A DNA stretch of 64,000 nt from Eledone cirrhosa (Eukaryota). The DNA lies in contig OZ024747.1 in NCBI GenBank assembly GCA_964016885.1, positions 38,626,001-38,690,000 on the forward strand, given 5' to 3'. Position 1 is the first letter of the stretch, and each line of letters starts with the position of its first letter. The notes beneath the pieces are model-generated. The model saw only the letters and a program-made list of their open reading frames with translations. It did no database searches and was not told where the DNA came from. The position numbers were made by a program, and so were the translations under genes. Below are positions 44,503 through 58,145 of this stretch, piece after piece.

Positions 44503-47009
44503 CTAAGTTGGGTCAAAAACTCTATTGGCTAAGGAATTAGCCCTTCGATGTTGACAGCTAATGGTTACCTCCGTTCTAACGTTAATTGGTAGAGGTCTTG
44601 ATAGAGTTATGTAATATGCTTCCGTAACACAGAGATCACAAGATTTCCTTCGTCCATTGAACGGTTGTACCCTAGCTACGATATCCCATTTTAGTGAGTG
44701 TTGAACTTTTTTTATTTTAAGGTTTTTAGTGAGCCTAGCTAGCGATGTCGAACATCTGTTGCTGGGGTCTCGGAAGGAAAAAGAGTGCCCGTTATAGCGT
44801 ACCTTAAAAGGGTTAGAGGTAGACCCGATATAAGAGCTGGTATTCGAAGCAGTCTCAACTGTGCACCTATAGACTATGTTGGGTGTCAGGCAGTGTCCAT
44901 TTAATGGGCATGCATTGGGGTACCGGCAGTTGCAGTTGCTTCTGCGGTTAGTGAGAGTAGGGTTATTTAACCTAAGCAGTTGGTCCGTACTAGAAGGATT
45001 AGATGGGGGAGGTGTACTACTAGAGTAATTATTGGTGTAGTGGTGTGGTGTATTTGATAGTGGTGGTGGTACCGCGGTGTGGGAGTTATAGTGTCTTAGC
45101 TTATGATGGTTACTGAACGCGATGTGGCTAGCTAGGTTAGGTGTAGGGGAGAATGAGATTTTAATGTTGTTTTTATTAAATAGTTTGTAATATTTATGGT
45201 TAGGGGGGAAGTGTTTGGATAGGATAGAGAAGAAGCGATTGGGGATATTAGTGGCTAGATTAGATGAGAATGGTGGGTTAAGCCAGGTGATATTTCTAGG
45301 CCTATTCCTTCTAGGGGTTCTAGTGGAGTTGGTAGGGGCCTTCCTAGGGTTATTATTACCTAGGGGTTTGTTATTTGTCATCCAATTTCTCATTCCTATT
45401 CTAGGGTTGATTCTTAGTTTGCTACTAGGAGTGGGGAGCAGGCCGCTGCCACCATTAAAGTTCACTGTATAGGTGCTGTTACTGCTAAAATTCCGGCGAA
45501 TCTAGCTATATGCTAAGGTATTTCTAGTTCTAGTGTTAAGTTTATTATGGTGAGTTGCTGTGTTATGGCATTTTGGTATGTAATAAATTGATTGTTTATT
45601 ACCAGATTTAGAGAGAGCCTTATTATAATATTGTGCGTGGTTTATAAATATCTCTTCATTTGCTGATAGCATTGAGATCCTATAGGAGATAGATTTGATT
45701 ACTGCTCTGATGACTGCCGGTGGGTGGTTAGAGTGTGGGCTAATATATGTGAGTATTTCGCCTGGTTTATGGTAAGGGTTATAAAGGTTATTGTTGAGAT
45801 CAAGGGTGACGTCTAGGAAGTTTACTACTTTATGGTTCAGCTCGATGGTGATAGAGAGACCGTTATTTTTGAAGAATCTATGAAATTGTTTCTTAAGCAA
45901 ATCGATTCCCCGATTAGTGCAATTGTGGACTGCAAATAGGCGCGTCGTCCCTGTATATTCCACCTTGCATGGGTTGGATTTCGGCTCTGATGTTACGTAA
46001 TAGGTAAATCCCAACTAAATCGGTGACTTGCGCAGTGTCACTTGAGCCCATCGTAATGTCAAAGTTATCTGTTCTACCTTTTCTAGTCCAGAGTGCTCCG
46101 TTGAATTCAATGATATTCTGCCTAGCCATGAGTATGATGTTAATCTCATTATTGGTTATGTCCGAGTTGGTGGTTGCTAGGGCTAGTGCTTTGTTGAGCA
46201 GTTCCGGGGTTATTGGGGCGTAATAGCTGTCTATATCAAATTGGATGAACTTCATAGATTGCTTGGACCTTAGATCGGAGAACCATTTGATGACTTGGCC
46301 GGTGTTGGACCACAACTTGTAGGTGGTATTATCCCGTAGCCCAGGGATTATCCTATCAAAGATGTTCTTGCTGATGCGGCCCAGGTCAGAAGTGGTTGGG
46401 CTTATGAGTCTAATGGATGAGTTCTCTATAAAGTTTGGCTTGTGGTCCTTGAGAGAGAACCTTGGGCTTGTTGGTGCATAAGGGTGGGTAAATCTATCCA
46501 AATGCAAGTCCTTAACCAAAGCCTGGGCTTTTCGGTTAAGTACGTTTACACTGGAGGGTGTAGTTTTTTAAATAGTTTTTGTTGAGTTCTTTAAGAACGA
46601 AAGATTTGTAAATATCATGAGTCATGGTGTATAGATGTTTGGTTTTGGCAGACATAACATGTAAGAGGTTGCTATCCTTAAATTTGTTTATAGTTGTCGC
46701 TAATATAGTGAGTAAGTTATTCCTGTGTCTATAATGTTTTTTGAATTTAATGCTGCTGATGAAGTTGAATAGAAGTTTCTCAAAAGGGTCCAGCCGGATG
46801 TTGTGTGTGGGGTTTTTGCATGTGGCAAATCCATATCTATTTGCTGTACTTCCGGCGCCAGGAGCAACCACACGGTCAAAGTGGTACGCTTTCCATCTTA
46901 TTCTTCGGACGAAAGAGTTGACACCCTGTATTAATAGTTTGAGGTATGTGTTTCTGTCCGGAATAGGCATGGAATTAAGTGATATTCTGAGTTCCTGTTT
47001 ACACAACAT
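44503..47009 (-). pseudogene. Frameshifted Naiad-like RT-GIY-YIG polyprotein
   Basis: RRIRWKA, LKDHK, QFDIDSYY, FDITMGS, GIYRDD, VNFLDVTL, CNCRYPNACPLNGHC, IVYRC..YIGST, CDLC across four ORFs. Confidence 0.88.
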
Positions 47010-48409
47010 GGTGACTTCTAACAGTAAATAGCTCAACTACGGGAGCTCAAGTGTACACAGTTCAAGAGTAACCAATCTTAAAGAGAGAGATTGAGATAGT
47101 AGAGGAGATATGAGAGGAAATATTGGTGAGTTAGTTAGAAGCCAAAGCGGAAAGACATGTACTCAATGTAAAATATTCAGTAGAAAGCAGCTAGGTGGCT
47201 GGGTTCATGCAAATGTTAGGTGCGCAGTGCTGGAAATATTCATTAGTTAAGCAAAACAAGACCACAAATCTCACAAGGAAGACATTATGAAAATATTGTC
47301 AACATATTTAGTTTGATGTAAGGAATGTAGAGAATAATAATAAAAATAATATTAATAATAATAATGCCCGTTTACAATTGTTTCGCTACTCTGTATAATA
47401 TTTCTGGATCAGATGACTATGTATCATAATTGATCTGGTTCAGTTGAAAATAATTAACATATTTAAAAAAACAGAGTGGCTCATCGGAACTCAAAGGAAT
47501 ATAAATTAAAATAATGTTACATAATATAATGTTCCATATATTAGTTTTTACTATGGTGCTTTTGTTTCATCAGCTGTCAGCCATAATCAAGCAGTAATCA
47601 TCTGTCGAGGCTGCATTGTGTGAGATCTGCCTATGGGTAACAAGATGGCTTCCAAAGGGCATATTTACCTTACTATTTAGAGGGTAGTTTCAGGGTAAGT
47701 AACTTCTCGAGAGATTAGAGATTGTGTGTATGTTATAGTTATGTGCACTCATTTTCCTTCCGAGACCCTAGCAACAGATGTTCGACATCGCTAGCTATGC
47801 TCATTAAAGACCTTAAATTAAACAAAGTTCAACACTCACTAAAATGGGATATCGTAGCTAGGGGCCAACCGTTCAATGGACGAAGGAAATCTTGTGATCT
47901 CTGTGTTACGGAAGCACATTACATAACTCTATCAATACCTCTACCAATTAACGATAGAACGGAGGTAACCATTAGCTGTCAACATCGAAGGGTTAATTCC
48001 TTCGCCAATAGAGTTTTTGACCCAACTCTAACTGTAGCCCATCTCTAATTGTAGCTACTAAGTTAAATTGCTATGAACAACTCGATAATTATAAGTTACC
48101 TCTCCTACATTGTCTCTCAATTAAATAATTTAAATATTAGCACATAACTATAAAATACACACAATCTGTAATCTCTCGAGAAGTTACCTCCCCTGAAACG
48201 ACCCTCTAATTAGTAAGGTAAATATGCCCTTTGGCAGCCATCTTGTTACCCATAGGCCGATCTCACACAATGCAGCCTCGACAGATGAGTACTGCTTGAT
48301 TATGGCTGACAGCTGATGAAACAAAGGCACCAAACGCGAGTTTCCAACAGACATGGTCGCATTCTTTTAAGGGTATGTCAATATTTGTTTATAAAACTGA
48401 TATATATTA

Positions 48410-48474
48410 TATTTTATCTGATGAAAGCGCACCATAATTTGCTTTAGTCTCCTTGAAATATGTATAATGAAATA
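48410..48474 (+). ncRNA. Minimal hammerhead ribozyme (same family as 1371)
   Basis: tattttat-CTGATGA...GAAA-tatgta-TA-atgaaata. Confidence 0.65.
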
Positions 48475-48526
48475 AATATGTTTTTATAAATATAGTTTCC
48501 ATTTGTTAATATATTATATATATATA

Positions 48527-48633
<107 letters not shown>

Positions 48634-48956
48634 TAGTCCTTCATCAGTGATCTTCCAAACTTCATTGGTATTTTCATCGCTTTAAAAATCATATACCTCT
48701 GGTTGGTGCGAGTAATAACAAAATAAAGTTATTGGGACAAGTAAAATAGCGTGAAGCGAGTGAGACATGTAAACAAACAAAGATGGTATTGCAACGGAAA
48801 GATAGGAAGAGACAAGCACAAACTAGTCTTTGTTTGTTTACATGTCTCGCTCGCCTCACGCTCTTTTACTTGTCCCAATAACTTTATTTATAGGTATATG
48901 ATTTTTAAAGCGATGAAATACCAATGAAGGTTAGATGATCACTAATGAAGGACTAA
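48634..48956. repeat. Inverted repeat with about 130-150 bp arms between (TA)n tracts
   Basis: 48634-48783 versus 48828-48956 are reverse complementary. Confidence 0.75.
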
Positions 48957-49018
48957 TTTTATTCATATGTAACCCATGTGCAACCACGCAGCACTCCATT
49001 TTTCTTATATATATATAT

Positions 49019-49974
49019 AACGGAGGAAATGTGGTAAGGAACCAGGTGGATCATAACGCACCAAAGTACTCAATATTTAGGGTAGTAGAGTGGGTAATAG
49101 GTACGAGTAGGACCCGACGGCTGAGCTCAAGCCGTTTCGATAGCTAATTCTGGACTAAATGAACATTTTTATCCTGGTATTTGAATAGCCGAGCTTCTCA
49201 AGGGGTAATTCCATATATGGTAAAAGTGATTGTCACAAGGATTGGTCAAAAGTTTGTTGTTGAGACATAATAATTCTATGATGGCAATTTGTGGAGGGAA
49301 GGGGTAGCTGAACCTGCCAGTATGAGAAAGAGGGAGGAGGTGGAGGAGACCCAGTCATGCGTTGATAGTGCCGACTACAGCTGGGCATGAGGTCAAAGAA
49401 GATACTAGGGATTACGTCACCGTAATATATACTCGGTTTGTTATTTATACCTCTTAAAAGGGTCTCATTATAATTCCGTCCCACCTAGTAAACCTTTCTT
49501 TAGCCTAGCAGTACCAGTGAGAGACTTAGGTCGTAGTAACCAGAAATTGTTTATTTATTTATTTTTTGTTTTTTTACATTTAATTGCTTTTTAACACTCT
49601 CGGTATTTTTCTATATATTTACCCCATATTGTTTTAATTGTTTCGACTTCCTCCCTCTCCCCCTCCCTAATATCTTCTTTGACCTCATGCCCAGCTGTAG
49701 TCGGCACTATCAACGCATGACTGGGTCTCCTCCACCCCCTCCCTCTTTCTCATACTGGCAGGTTCAGCTACCCCTTCCCTCCACAAATTGCCATCATAGA
49801 ATTATTATGTCTCAACAACAAACTTTTGACCAATCCTTGTGACAATCACTTTTACCATATATGGAATTACCCCTTGAGAAGCTCGGCTATTCAAATACCA
49901 GGATAAAAATTTTGATTTAGTCCAGAATTAGCAGTCAAAACGGCTTGAGCTCAGCCGTCGGGGTCCTACTCGTT

Positions 49975-49978
<4 letters not shown>
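49019..49978. mobile_element. Bipolar pair of non-coding 3' ends with hammerheads (49112-49206 -, 49869-49964 +); miniature version at 25193-25365
   Basis: Arms about 49098-49410 / 49665-49978; acccc-TTGAGAA...GAAA-cggcttgagctcagccg-TC-gggt. Confidence 0.75.
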
Positions 49979-50029
<51 letters not shown>

Positions 50030-50180
50030 GTAGGAGGTGAGTTTTATTGTAGTACAATAAAGCAATGCAGATATCGGATAAGAAGCACTCTACAGTTTAT
50101 AGGACTGGGGTATACATAATATATAAGATCAAAAGATCATGGAACTCATTTAACCATCTTTTAATCTTGTATATATATAT

Positions 50181-51837
50181 ATGGCATACTTAGAAATCCA
50201 GATATATGAACAGTCCAAATCAAAATACGGATTGAACTTCCACAAATATTTATCAGAGAATTGGAAACGCTACTTGGATGATTGCCTCATTCTTTGGTCC
50301 CACACACTCGACCAACTGAAGGATTTCAAAAACTTAATAAACGGCGTCAATAACCACATCCATTTCACAATGGAATACAGCCAAGATCAACTCCCATTTC
50401 TGGACATCTTAATCTTAAAAAAAGACACAAATATCGAAACTGACATACACTACAAACCAACAGATTCCAAACAATATCTGCTATTCACCTCCAACCATTC
50501 AAAGCACACGAAGACGAACATTCCTTTTAACCTAGCAAGAAGAATTTGCACAATTGTCTCCAATTATGAAACGCGAAATAAAAGACTTCAAGAATTAAAG
50601 GAAATTCTACTCGAGAGAGAGTACCCACTATTACTAATAAATAATGGAATAGAAAGAGCTAAAGCAACAGGTATTGATGAATTACGGAAACAGAAACAAA
50701 TTCAAGGTACGTCCAATATTCTATCATATATCTCAACACACAACCCAAGAAATGCGGAAGCTTACAACACTATTCACAATAACATCCCACTACTAAAACA
50801 AAACCCAAGAATGAAAAAAGCCCTTGAAACACAAAATAATCAAAAGCAAAAGACAACCAAAATCACTGAAAACATTACTCCCCAATGCCAAATTACCTAC
50901 CACAAACCCACAACCAAGTATCAAAAAATGTGGTCGCTCTAATTGTGGAATCTGCACTCACCTCATTGAAGGCAACACGTATACATTTAAATAAGGACAA
51001 AATTTTACTGTAAAAAATCACTTCACTTGCTCATCAAAAAATCTGATTGATGCCATTAAATGTAAAGGATGCAATGAAGATTATATAGGACAAACTAAAC
51101 TCACACTCAGAAACAGAATGACAGTTCATCGCCAACAATTACGAGATCCAACCACGAGACAGATACCACTAAGTGCACATCTAGACATTTGCGCAAGTAA
51201 TAAGACACCCAAATTCCAAGTCTTCCCATTTTACCTTTGCGCTAACAATACAACAGAACAAATGCGAATAAATAAGGAAAATATGTTTATTCAAAAATAT
51301 AGACCAACATTAAATATGGTTTAATATACATTATGTCAACACCATAATATGACATACACACACACACATAACACCTTCTACTTTAGAAAATAAAAACCCG
51401 AACTAAATAAACCTTAACATACGTTTGCACTGACAATACAACAGCAAACACGAATAAGTAAGGAAAATATGTTCATTCAAAAATATTCCTACTAAAGGAA
51501 TCACTTTCCTACACACACACATACACACACACACAATATATATATATATATATTCTCTTCATCTTAACATGCTAACCATACTCCCACACACATAACACCC
51601 ATACACACACATAACAACCCCCACACCCACAATTCCCTCCCCATTTCTACTAATAGAACCACTTTCCTACACACATATATATACACACACACAAAATATA
51701 TATTCTCTCCATCTTAACATACTCGCATTCACACACATAACATCCATATACACACACACACAACTCCCTCCCCCATTTCTACAAATAGAATCATCTTCCA
51801 ATACACACATACACACACACACACACACACCCACCCA

Positions 51838-51900
<63 letters not shown>

Positions 51901-52203
51901 ACACACAAGCACACAAATAAACATACATATCTTCACTTCAATAGAAAATCTGAACTCTGACACCCCAGCGAACTAACCATATTCACTGAACCAGAACAAT
52001 TCTCCCAATCCCATTTCTCTTGACCACTATCTTTCCATTGTCATAACATTCGCTATAAAGACTACAGAATAGTTTTCCAAATAAGGGTGCAAAAATATAA
52101 TGAAATTTGTTCACGTGACAGCCAAATTTCATTTATAACCAATCAAATTACGTTTATTAAAAAAAAGCCTTCGTGAGCCACCTTTTTTTAAAGTAAAGAA
52201 ATT

Positions 52204-52257
<54 letters not shown>

Positions 52258-52958
52258 CACACACAAGCACACAAATAAACACACATATCTTTACTTTCTT
52301 TATTCAATAGAAAATCTGAATTCTGACACCCCAGCGAACTAACCATATTCACTGAACCAGAACAATTATCCCATCCCTTTCTCTTGACCATTATCTTTCA
52401 CTTATCAAAAAATTCTCTAAAAAGGCTACAGAATGGATTTCCAAATAAGGGCACAAAAATTAAATGAAAACTTGTTCACGTGACAGCCATAATTTCATTT
52501 ATAACCAACCAAAATAAAGCCTTCGTGAGCCTCCTTTTTTCAAGTAAAAAGAAATTCAAACACTCATATATGAAAAAAACAACCTGTGACAACCCCCCCC
52601 CCTCTTATTTGAAGAACTATTGTAAAGCAAACTGGCGCGAAATTTATTATAATTATTGACAAACCAATCAAATTACTTCTCGAAAAACCTGGCATTTCGA
52701 GCCACTTTTTCCATATAAAACAAGTAACATTCAGAGACCAACCAGATGTGAGAAAAACCACAGACCCCCCATCTCAACTCACCTTTTGAAAAGCAGAAGA
52801 ACTGCGAAACCGGTAAAGGAACCAAATAAATATATATATTTTAAAAAAAAAATAAGACTCCAGTTGCATTTTCGATTTCATCTCTTTTTCTTCATACTTT
52901 CACTCGTGTAGGACACCTCGGTTATTTTTCATTTTGTAAAAGAATACTCACTTTCTAA
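50181..52958 (+). mobile_element. 5'-truncated Neptune-like PLE (RT C-half + GIY-YIG at 50181-51324, frameshifted) with long CA-rich 3' UTR and HHR
   Basis: WKRYLDD, LPFLD, NIPFNLARRIC, YIGQT, HRQQ..IPLSAHL; paralogous to 9439-11625. Confidence 0.88.
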
Positions 52959-53153
52959 TATATATATATATATATATAGTAATATTTTTATTTATATTTA
53001 TATATGTTTGATATAACTATATATATGTAGGGTAGTACTAAGTACTATCCGGTTACGGGTATGACAAGAGCCCCAATGCAAATGTTCAAGTGTTTTACAG
53101 AGCCGAGATACAAAGTGTTAAAACGATCAAACATTAGTTTAGAACATTTATTA

Positions 53154-53198
53154 GCTGGGAATTATTTCTTCCAGAGGGAAGTCTGGAATCATCGGAGC
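53154..53198 (-). ncRNA. Hammerhead-like motif with CCGATGA core, stem III decayed
   Basis: gct-CCGATGA-ttccag..ctggaa-GAAA-taattccc-agc, followed by aataaa. Confidence 0.45.
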
Positions 53199-54269
53199 AT
53201 AAGGAATGTCGAAAACGTGTAACTAGAGTCCTAGTCAATTAGAACATTTAGAGTACATAATTGTTATTAGTGCCAAAGGCATCATGTGGAGAGTCGGGTG
53301 TTAAAAAGATGTTCCGCTTGAAATAACACAAATACAGGCAGCACAGGTTTGAAGTATAATAGCTATAAGTAAAAGTAAAAAGCACAAGCAAAAAAATCAC
53401 AGGCAAAAAAACACAGGCACAGAAGTTATGAGCAAGGACGATTGGTGTACAATGCAGGAGTCAATACAGTCAATAATACATGTATGAGGAAAGAGTTATA
53501 ATACAGTTGAAATAAACCTATTTTGTGTGGGGTTGTTAAAGCCTGTTATATGTGTTATAAATGGTTAAGATAGTGTGCAATTTGTTAGAGAGGCATGTGG
53601 TGCTAATGTAGGTATGTTTTATGTAAGGTGTAATGTAAAGAACTAGATAGAGTTGGGTATGTGATTTTCATTTAAGTGTTTTTGTGTTGTAGTTCGTATT
53701 TATGTGCCTGTATTGTTTGTTACTCACAGCTATTAACCATGGGATTATTTTGAGTCTTTTATAGTCAATAGGTGTTTTTTTGTTAAATGTAAATTCCCCC
53801 GAATTACTGGCCATGTTGTTATTTTAGGTATATTATCTTATGCATTTTTTATCTGTAAATTATCTTTGCTGGGGTTATTAAGATATTGGTAAACCGTTAG
53901 GTTCCTAATTTTATAAGTTTACACAGGAAGTTGTAAAGAGGGTTAATAACAAAGGGAGGTAATTAATGTTGTTGATAAATTAAGGGTTGTTATAATATTG
54001 TGATAGTGTTATAAATTAATCTATATAGAGTATATCAAATATAAAATATTCTTGGTTATACAATTGCTATCTTTTAAACTTGTGTGGAGGTGGTTAAAAC
54101 ATTTTTTAATTTAGTTTATTAAAACTAGATAGTTTTTACATAGTTTGTATATGCATGTATAATATAAGGTATATACATATGTGTGATAATGTATAGACAT
54201 ATATGTACACACACATATATTTGCACACACTCATACACATACACACACATACACCACACACACATATAT

Positions 54270-54322
<53 letters not shown>

Positions 54323-54610
54323 TATATATATATATACGATATTAAACAAATGTAAACTATATTTATAAAACCATATTTATTTCGTTATATATATTTCTGG
54401 GATATCATATTAAAAATATGGTATGCCTTCCTCAGACAAAATACAATACATAAGCTGTTTTATAAATAATTAGTGACATACCTTGTAATAATGCAACTTC
54501 CATTTAAAAAGTTGATTTGGTAGTAAACCTACTCCAGAAACTGTTGAGTGCTTTTATATCAGTTATAAAATATTTACTCGTTGTAACCCAACAATCTTAA
54601 AAAAAACTTT

Positions 54611-54669
<59 letters not shown>

Positions 54670-55469
54670 ATAATAATTAAATTGAAGACTAAAATCCAAA
54701 GAGGGCTCGATAAGGAAAATATATATCAAATATATAAGAACCGTAGAGCAAATATTTATTAAAATAACAGATTAAAGTTTAAGCAAAGAATCGCTGCTTT
54801 CACCCATAACGGGTACGTATTTATTTACTTTTATACGTTTATATAATTATTTGTTTATTTGTACACAAGCATTCACACACACACATATTTATGTGTGCGT
54901 GGTTTTGTATACCCATGGTAAGGTTTTGCGTATGCTTGTGTATGTACGTATCTGTTTGCGTGTATGTATTATTTGTTTCTATTATGTCTGTATAGTATTT
55001 ATTTACTTTGTTCTTAACTTTGTAGCGGAGATTCATTTGGTCTCCTAGTTAGAATTTTAGTCTACGATTTCTCCTATACCATTTACGTGGTTTTGTCTTT
55101 GCGTGCTATTGTTCTCCACGCTCCACATATGACTTATTATCTTCGTTTTTTCGTTCATTGCCAGAGAACGTCTCTATGCACCACATAAGAGAACATTAGT
55201 CTACGACCTCTTTTATACCATAAACGTGGTTTTGTCTTTGCGCGTAATTGTTTTTCACCGCTCCTATTAATGACGTATTATTCGTTTTTCCCCGTTCTTT
55301 GCCAGCGAACGTAACCACGAACCAAAGTATCGTCTTCCTGTCTTCCTCCGTTTGCAATGTTTTTTGAAATATCCAGTTCTGCGTTTACAGATTGACTTTG
55401 TTAGTTTCAGAAGATCCCGTTAAGGGTGAAAGCAGTGATTCTTTGCTTAAACTTTAATCTGTTATTTTA

Positions 55470-55505
<36 letters not shown>

Positions 55506-55510
<5 letters not shown>

Positions 55511-56790
55511 CAAATAACGAAACGAAATTAAAATTCGTTTCGTTTGTAACTCACTTTTGTATGACTGACGCTTAAACAATTAAGTTAAAAACGTACATCC
55601 ATATATGTATACTGAAATACTAGTATGCATATGAATACACACACGTATACATATGTAGATGTACCAAGTCTTTCACTGGTTACTTTACTGTGAGTATCCA
55701 GCTATTCTGTATGTAAACACACAGACAAACCGGTTTTTAGAGTCATACTGGTTTTTGAGGAAACACCTTTCCTCTATTCACCAGAAAGCCAGACAAGGAA
55801 TATTGAACTAGTTTCGTTGTTGTTACAACTCATCAGCAATATTTACATATCTACCGGCCTTTCTGGAGAATCGTAAAAGCACATATCGTTATATGCTTTT
55901 TCTATGAAAATTAGTAGTGGGCAGACTAATTTGCATAGAGTGTGAGTACGTACCGGTTCAACGGAGACGATAAAAACAAATAACGAAACGAAATTAAATT
56001 TCGTTTCGTTTGTAACTCACTTTTGTATGACTGACGCTTAAACAATTAAGTTAAAAACGTACATTCATATATGTATACTGAAATACTAGTATGCATATGA
56101 ATACACACACGTATACATATGTAGATGTACCAAGTCTTTAACTGGTTACTTTACTGTGAGTATCCAGCTATTCTGTATGTAAACACACAGACAAACCGGT
56201 TTTTAGAGTCATACTGGTTTTTGAGGAAACACCTTTCCTCTATTCACCAGAAAGCCAGACAAGGAATATTGAACTAGTTTCGTTGTTGTTACAACTCATC
56301 AGCAATATTTACCTATCTACCGGCCTTTCTGGAGAATCGTAAAAGCACATATCGTTATATGCTTTTTCTATGAAAATTAGTAGTGGGCAGACTAATTTGC
56401 ATAGAGTGTGAGTACGTACCGGTTCAACGGAGACGATAAAAACAAATAACGAAACGAAATTAAATTTCGTTTCGTTTGTAACTCACTTTTGTATGACTGA
56501 CGCTTAAACAATTAAGTTAAAAACGTACATCCATATATGTATACTGAAATACTAGTATGCATATGAATACACACACGTATACATATGTAGATGTACCAAG
56601 TCTTTCACTGGTTATTTACTGTGAGTATCCAGCTATTCTGTATGTAAACACACAGACAAACCGGTTTTTAGAGTCATACTGGTTTTTGAGGAAACACCTT
56701 TCCTCTATTCACCAGAAAGCCAGACAAGGAATATTGAACTAGTTTCGTTGTTGTTACAACTCATCAGCAATATTTACCTATAATCGTAAA
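55506..56790 (-). mobile_element. Retrozyme-like family B array 2: about 2.75 units of 466 bp
   Basis: Unit starts 55506, 55972, 56438; HHRs at 55799-55843, 56265-56309, 56730-56774. Confidence 0.88.
55799..55843 (-). ncRNA. Hammerhead ribozyme, family B variant (GUU site)
   Basis: aatattg-CTGATGA-gttgt.aaca.acaac-GAAA-ctag-TT-caatatt. Confidence 0.88.
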
Positions 56791-57620
56791 TTAGTTGATA
56801 TGTTTGAAGTAGTGAGACGAGAATCTATGGTAATGCGGACAGGTTTAGAAGATCTCTGATTGCCTATTTAGTAGGCTAAGGTTAGTGTGAATATTTTTAG
56901 ACTCGAGGATGCAAAGGTTACACAATTTGTTAGGTGGTCTATATGAAGGGGCCGTAGCTATCACTTCTCATTTTAAGGTGTATGGTATATTACTTAATTT
57001 TAATGAGTGTATGTATGTGTGTATTGCGGTTACGTTGCTAAGTTTAGGGTTCCTGAAGATTGAAGGTGTCAATTATATCTGGTCTTAAAGCTATTCGATG
57101 TAGAGCATTTATATACTTTCGAGATGTGATTGGCGGTTACAGTACCGGAGTAGACAATGTCTTTAATTAGGCAGTTCTTATTTAATGGACATGTCCTGTT
57201 AGCCCTACAATTACAATTGTTTTGTTTACTAGTATACTGGTTAAGGGTGTGTGCATTTGAGTGATTGTTTCTGTTTCTACTTCTAGTGTTATGATTATGG
57301 TGAGTGTTATTACTATTTGTATTATTAGTATGACTTGCTGTAGTCTTGTACTGTGTTGTTGTTCACGTTATTTCTATGCTGGACATTATTACTTTGGTGG
57401 AATTTGAAGTACTTTTAAATCTTTCTCTTGTTAGTGCTTGCTATAGGGTCTGCTATGTTAGGTGTGGTGGAGTAGGATATTTTAATTGTGTTTTTGTTAA
57501 ATAGGTTGTGGTATTTATGGTTACTTGGGAAGTTTTTGTCTAGAGTAGAGAAGAAAGCTTTAGGTATGTTTGTTGATATATTTTAGTTGAACGAAGGGTT
57601 AAAAATATGTTACTTCTTCT
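56790..57620 (-). pseudogene. Decayed Naiad-like PLE fragment
   Basis: NNCNCRANRTCPLNKNCLIKDIVYS on the minus strand. Confidence 0.7.
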
Positions 57621-58145
57621 TCTATTATTCTTATGGTTGTTATTCATACTACTGTTTAGTGTGGTATTAGGTTCCTTCTTATCTATATTTTGGTTTCTGT
57701 GGTGTTTCTTAGGGTTATTGCTGTGGCGTGATTTAAATTTTTCATGGCGCCCTTTGTACAGGGTTTGGACTTTCAATACTATGATCATATTTACTTTTAT
57801 TCATGGCCATGTTGTGTAAAATTATATTAGGTTGTCTATGGGTGGTTGACGATTTAGGTTTAAACTTAATTTAATTTTATCTCAAGAGGAATATCTTCCT
57901 AAGTCCTGACTCTCCACATGATGCCTTTGACACTAATAACAATTATGTACCCTAAATGTTCTAAATGACTAGGATTCTAGTTACAACTGGTTTTTCCACA
58001 TTATACATATTGTTAGCACACCAAACACTTAAATTGGGTTTATATTTTAATATAACCTAATGTTTGTTGAGTGAGATGGTTACCAGTCAGAATTTAGCTT
58101 TAAACTATCTCTGTTATTGTATTAAATATATGTATATATATATAT

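Larger units (their letters stand above)
43700..48330 (-). mobile_element. Near full-length Naiad-like PLE: 3' pLTR 43700-44500, ORF, 5' pLTR 47055-47740, inverted piece 47743-48330
   Basis: Direct repeat of pLTRs, each with an HHR; inverted copy of ORF end and UTR. Confidence 0.9.

Noticed and set aside
44503-45465. Selenocysteine (UGA) recoding or SECIS in Naiad-like elements
   Set aside because: The Cys positions I could read (44503 ORF, 63840 region, 14700, 57200) use TGT/TGC; no convincing SECIS seen by eye
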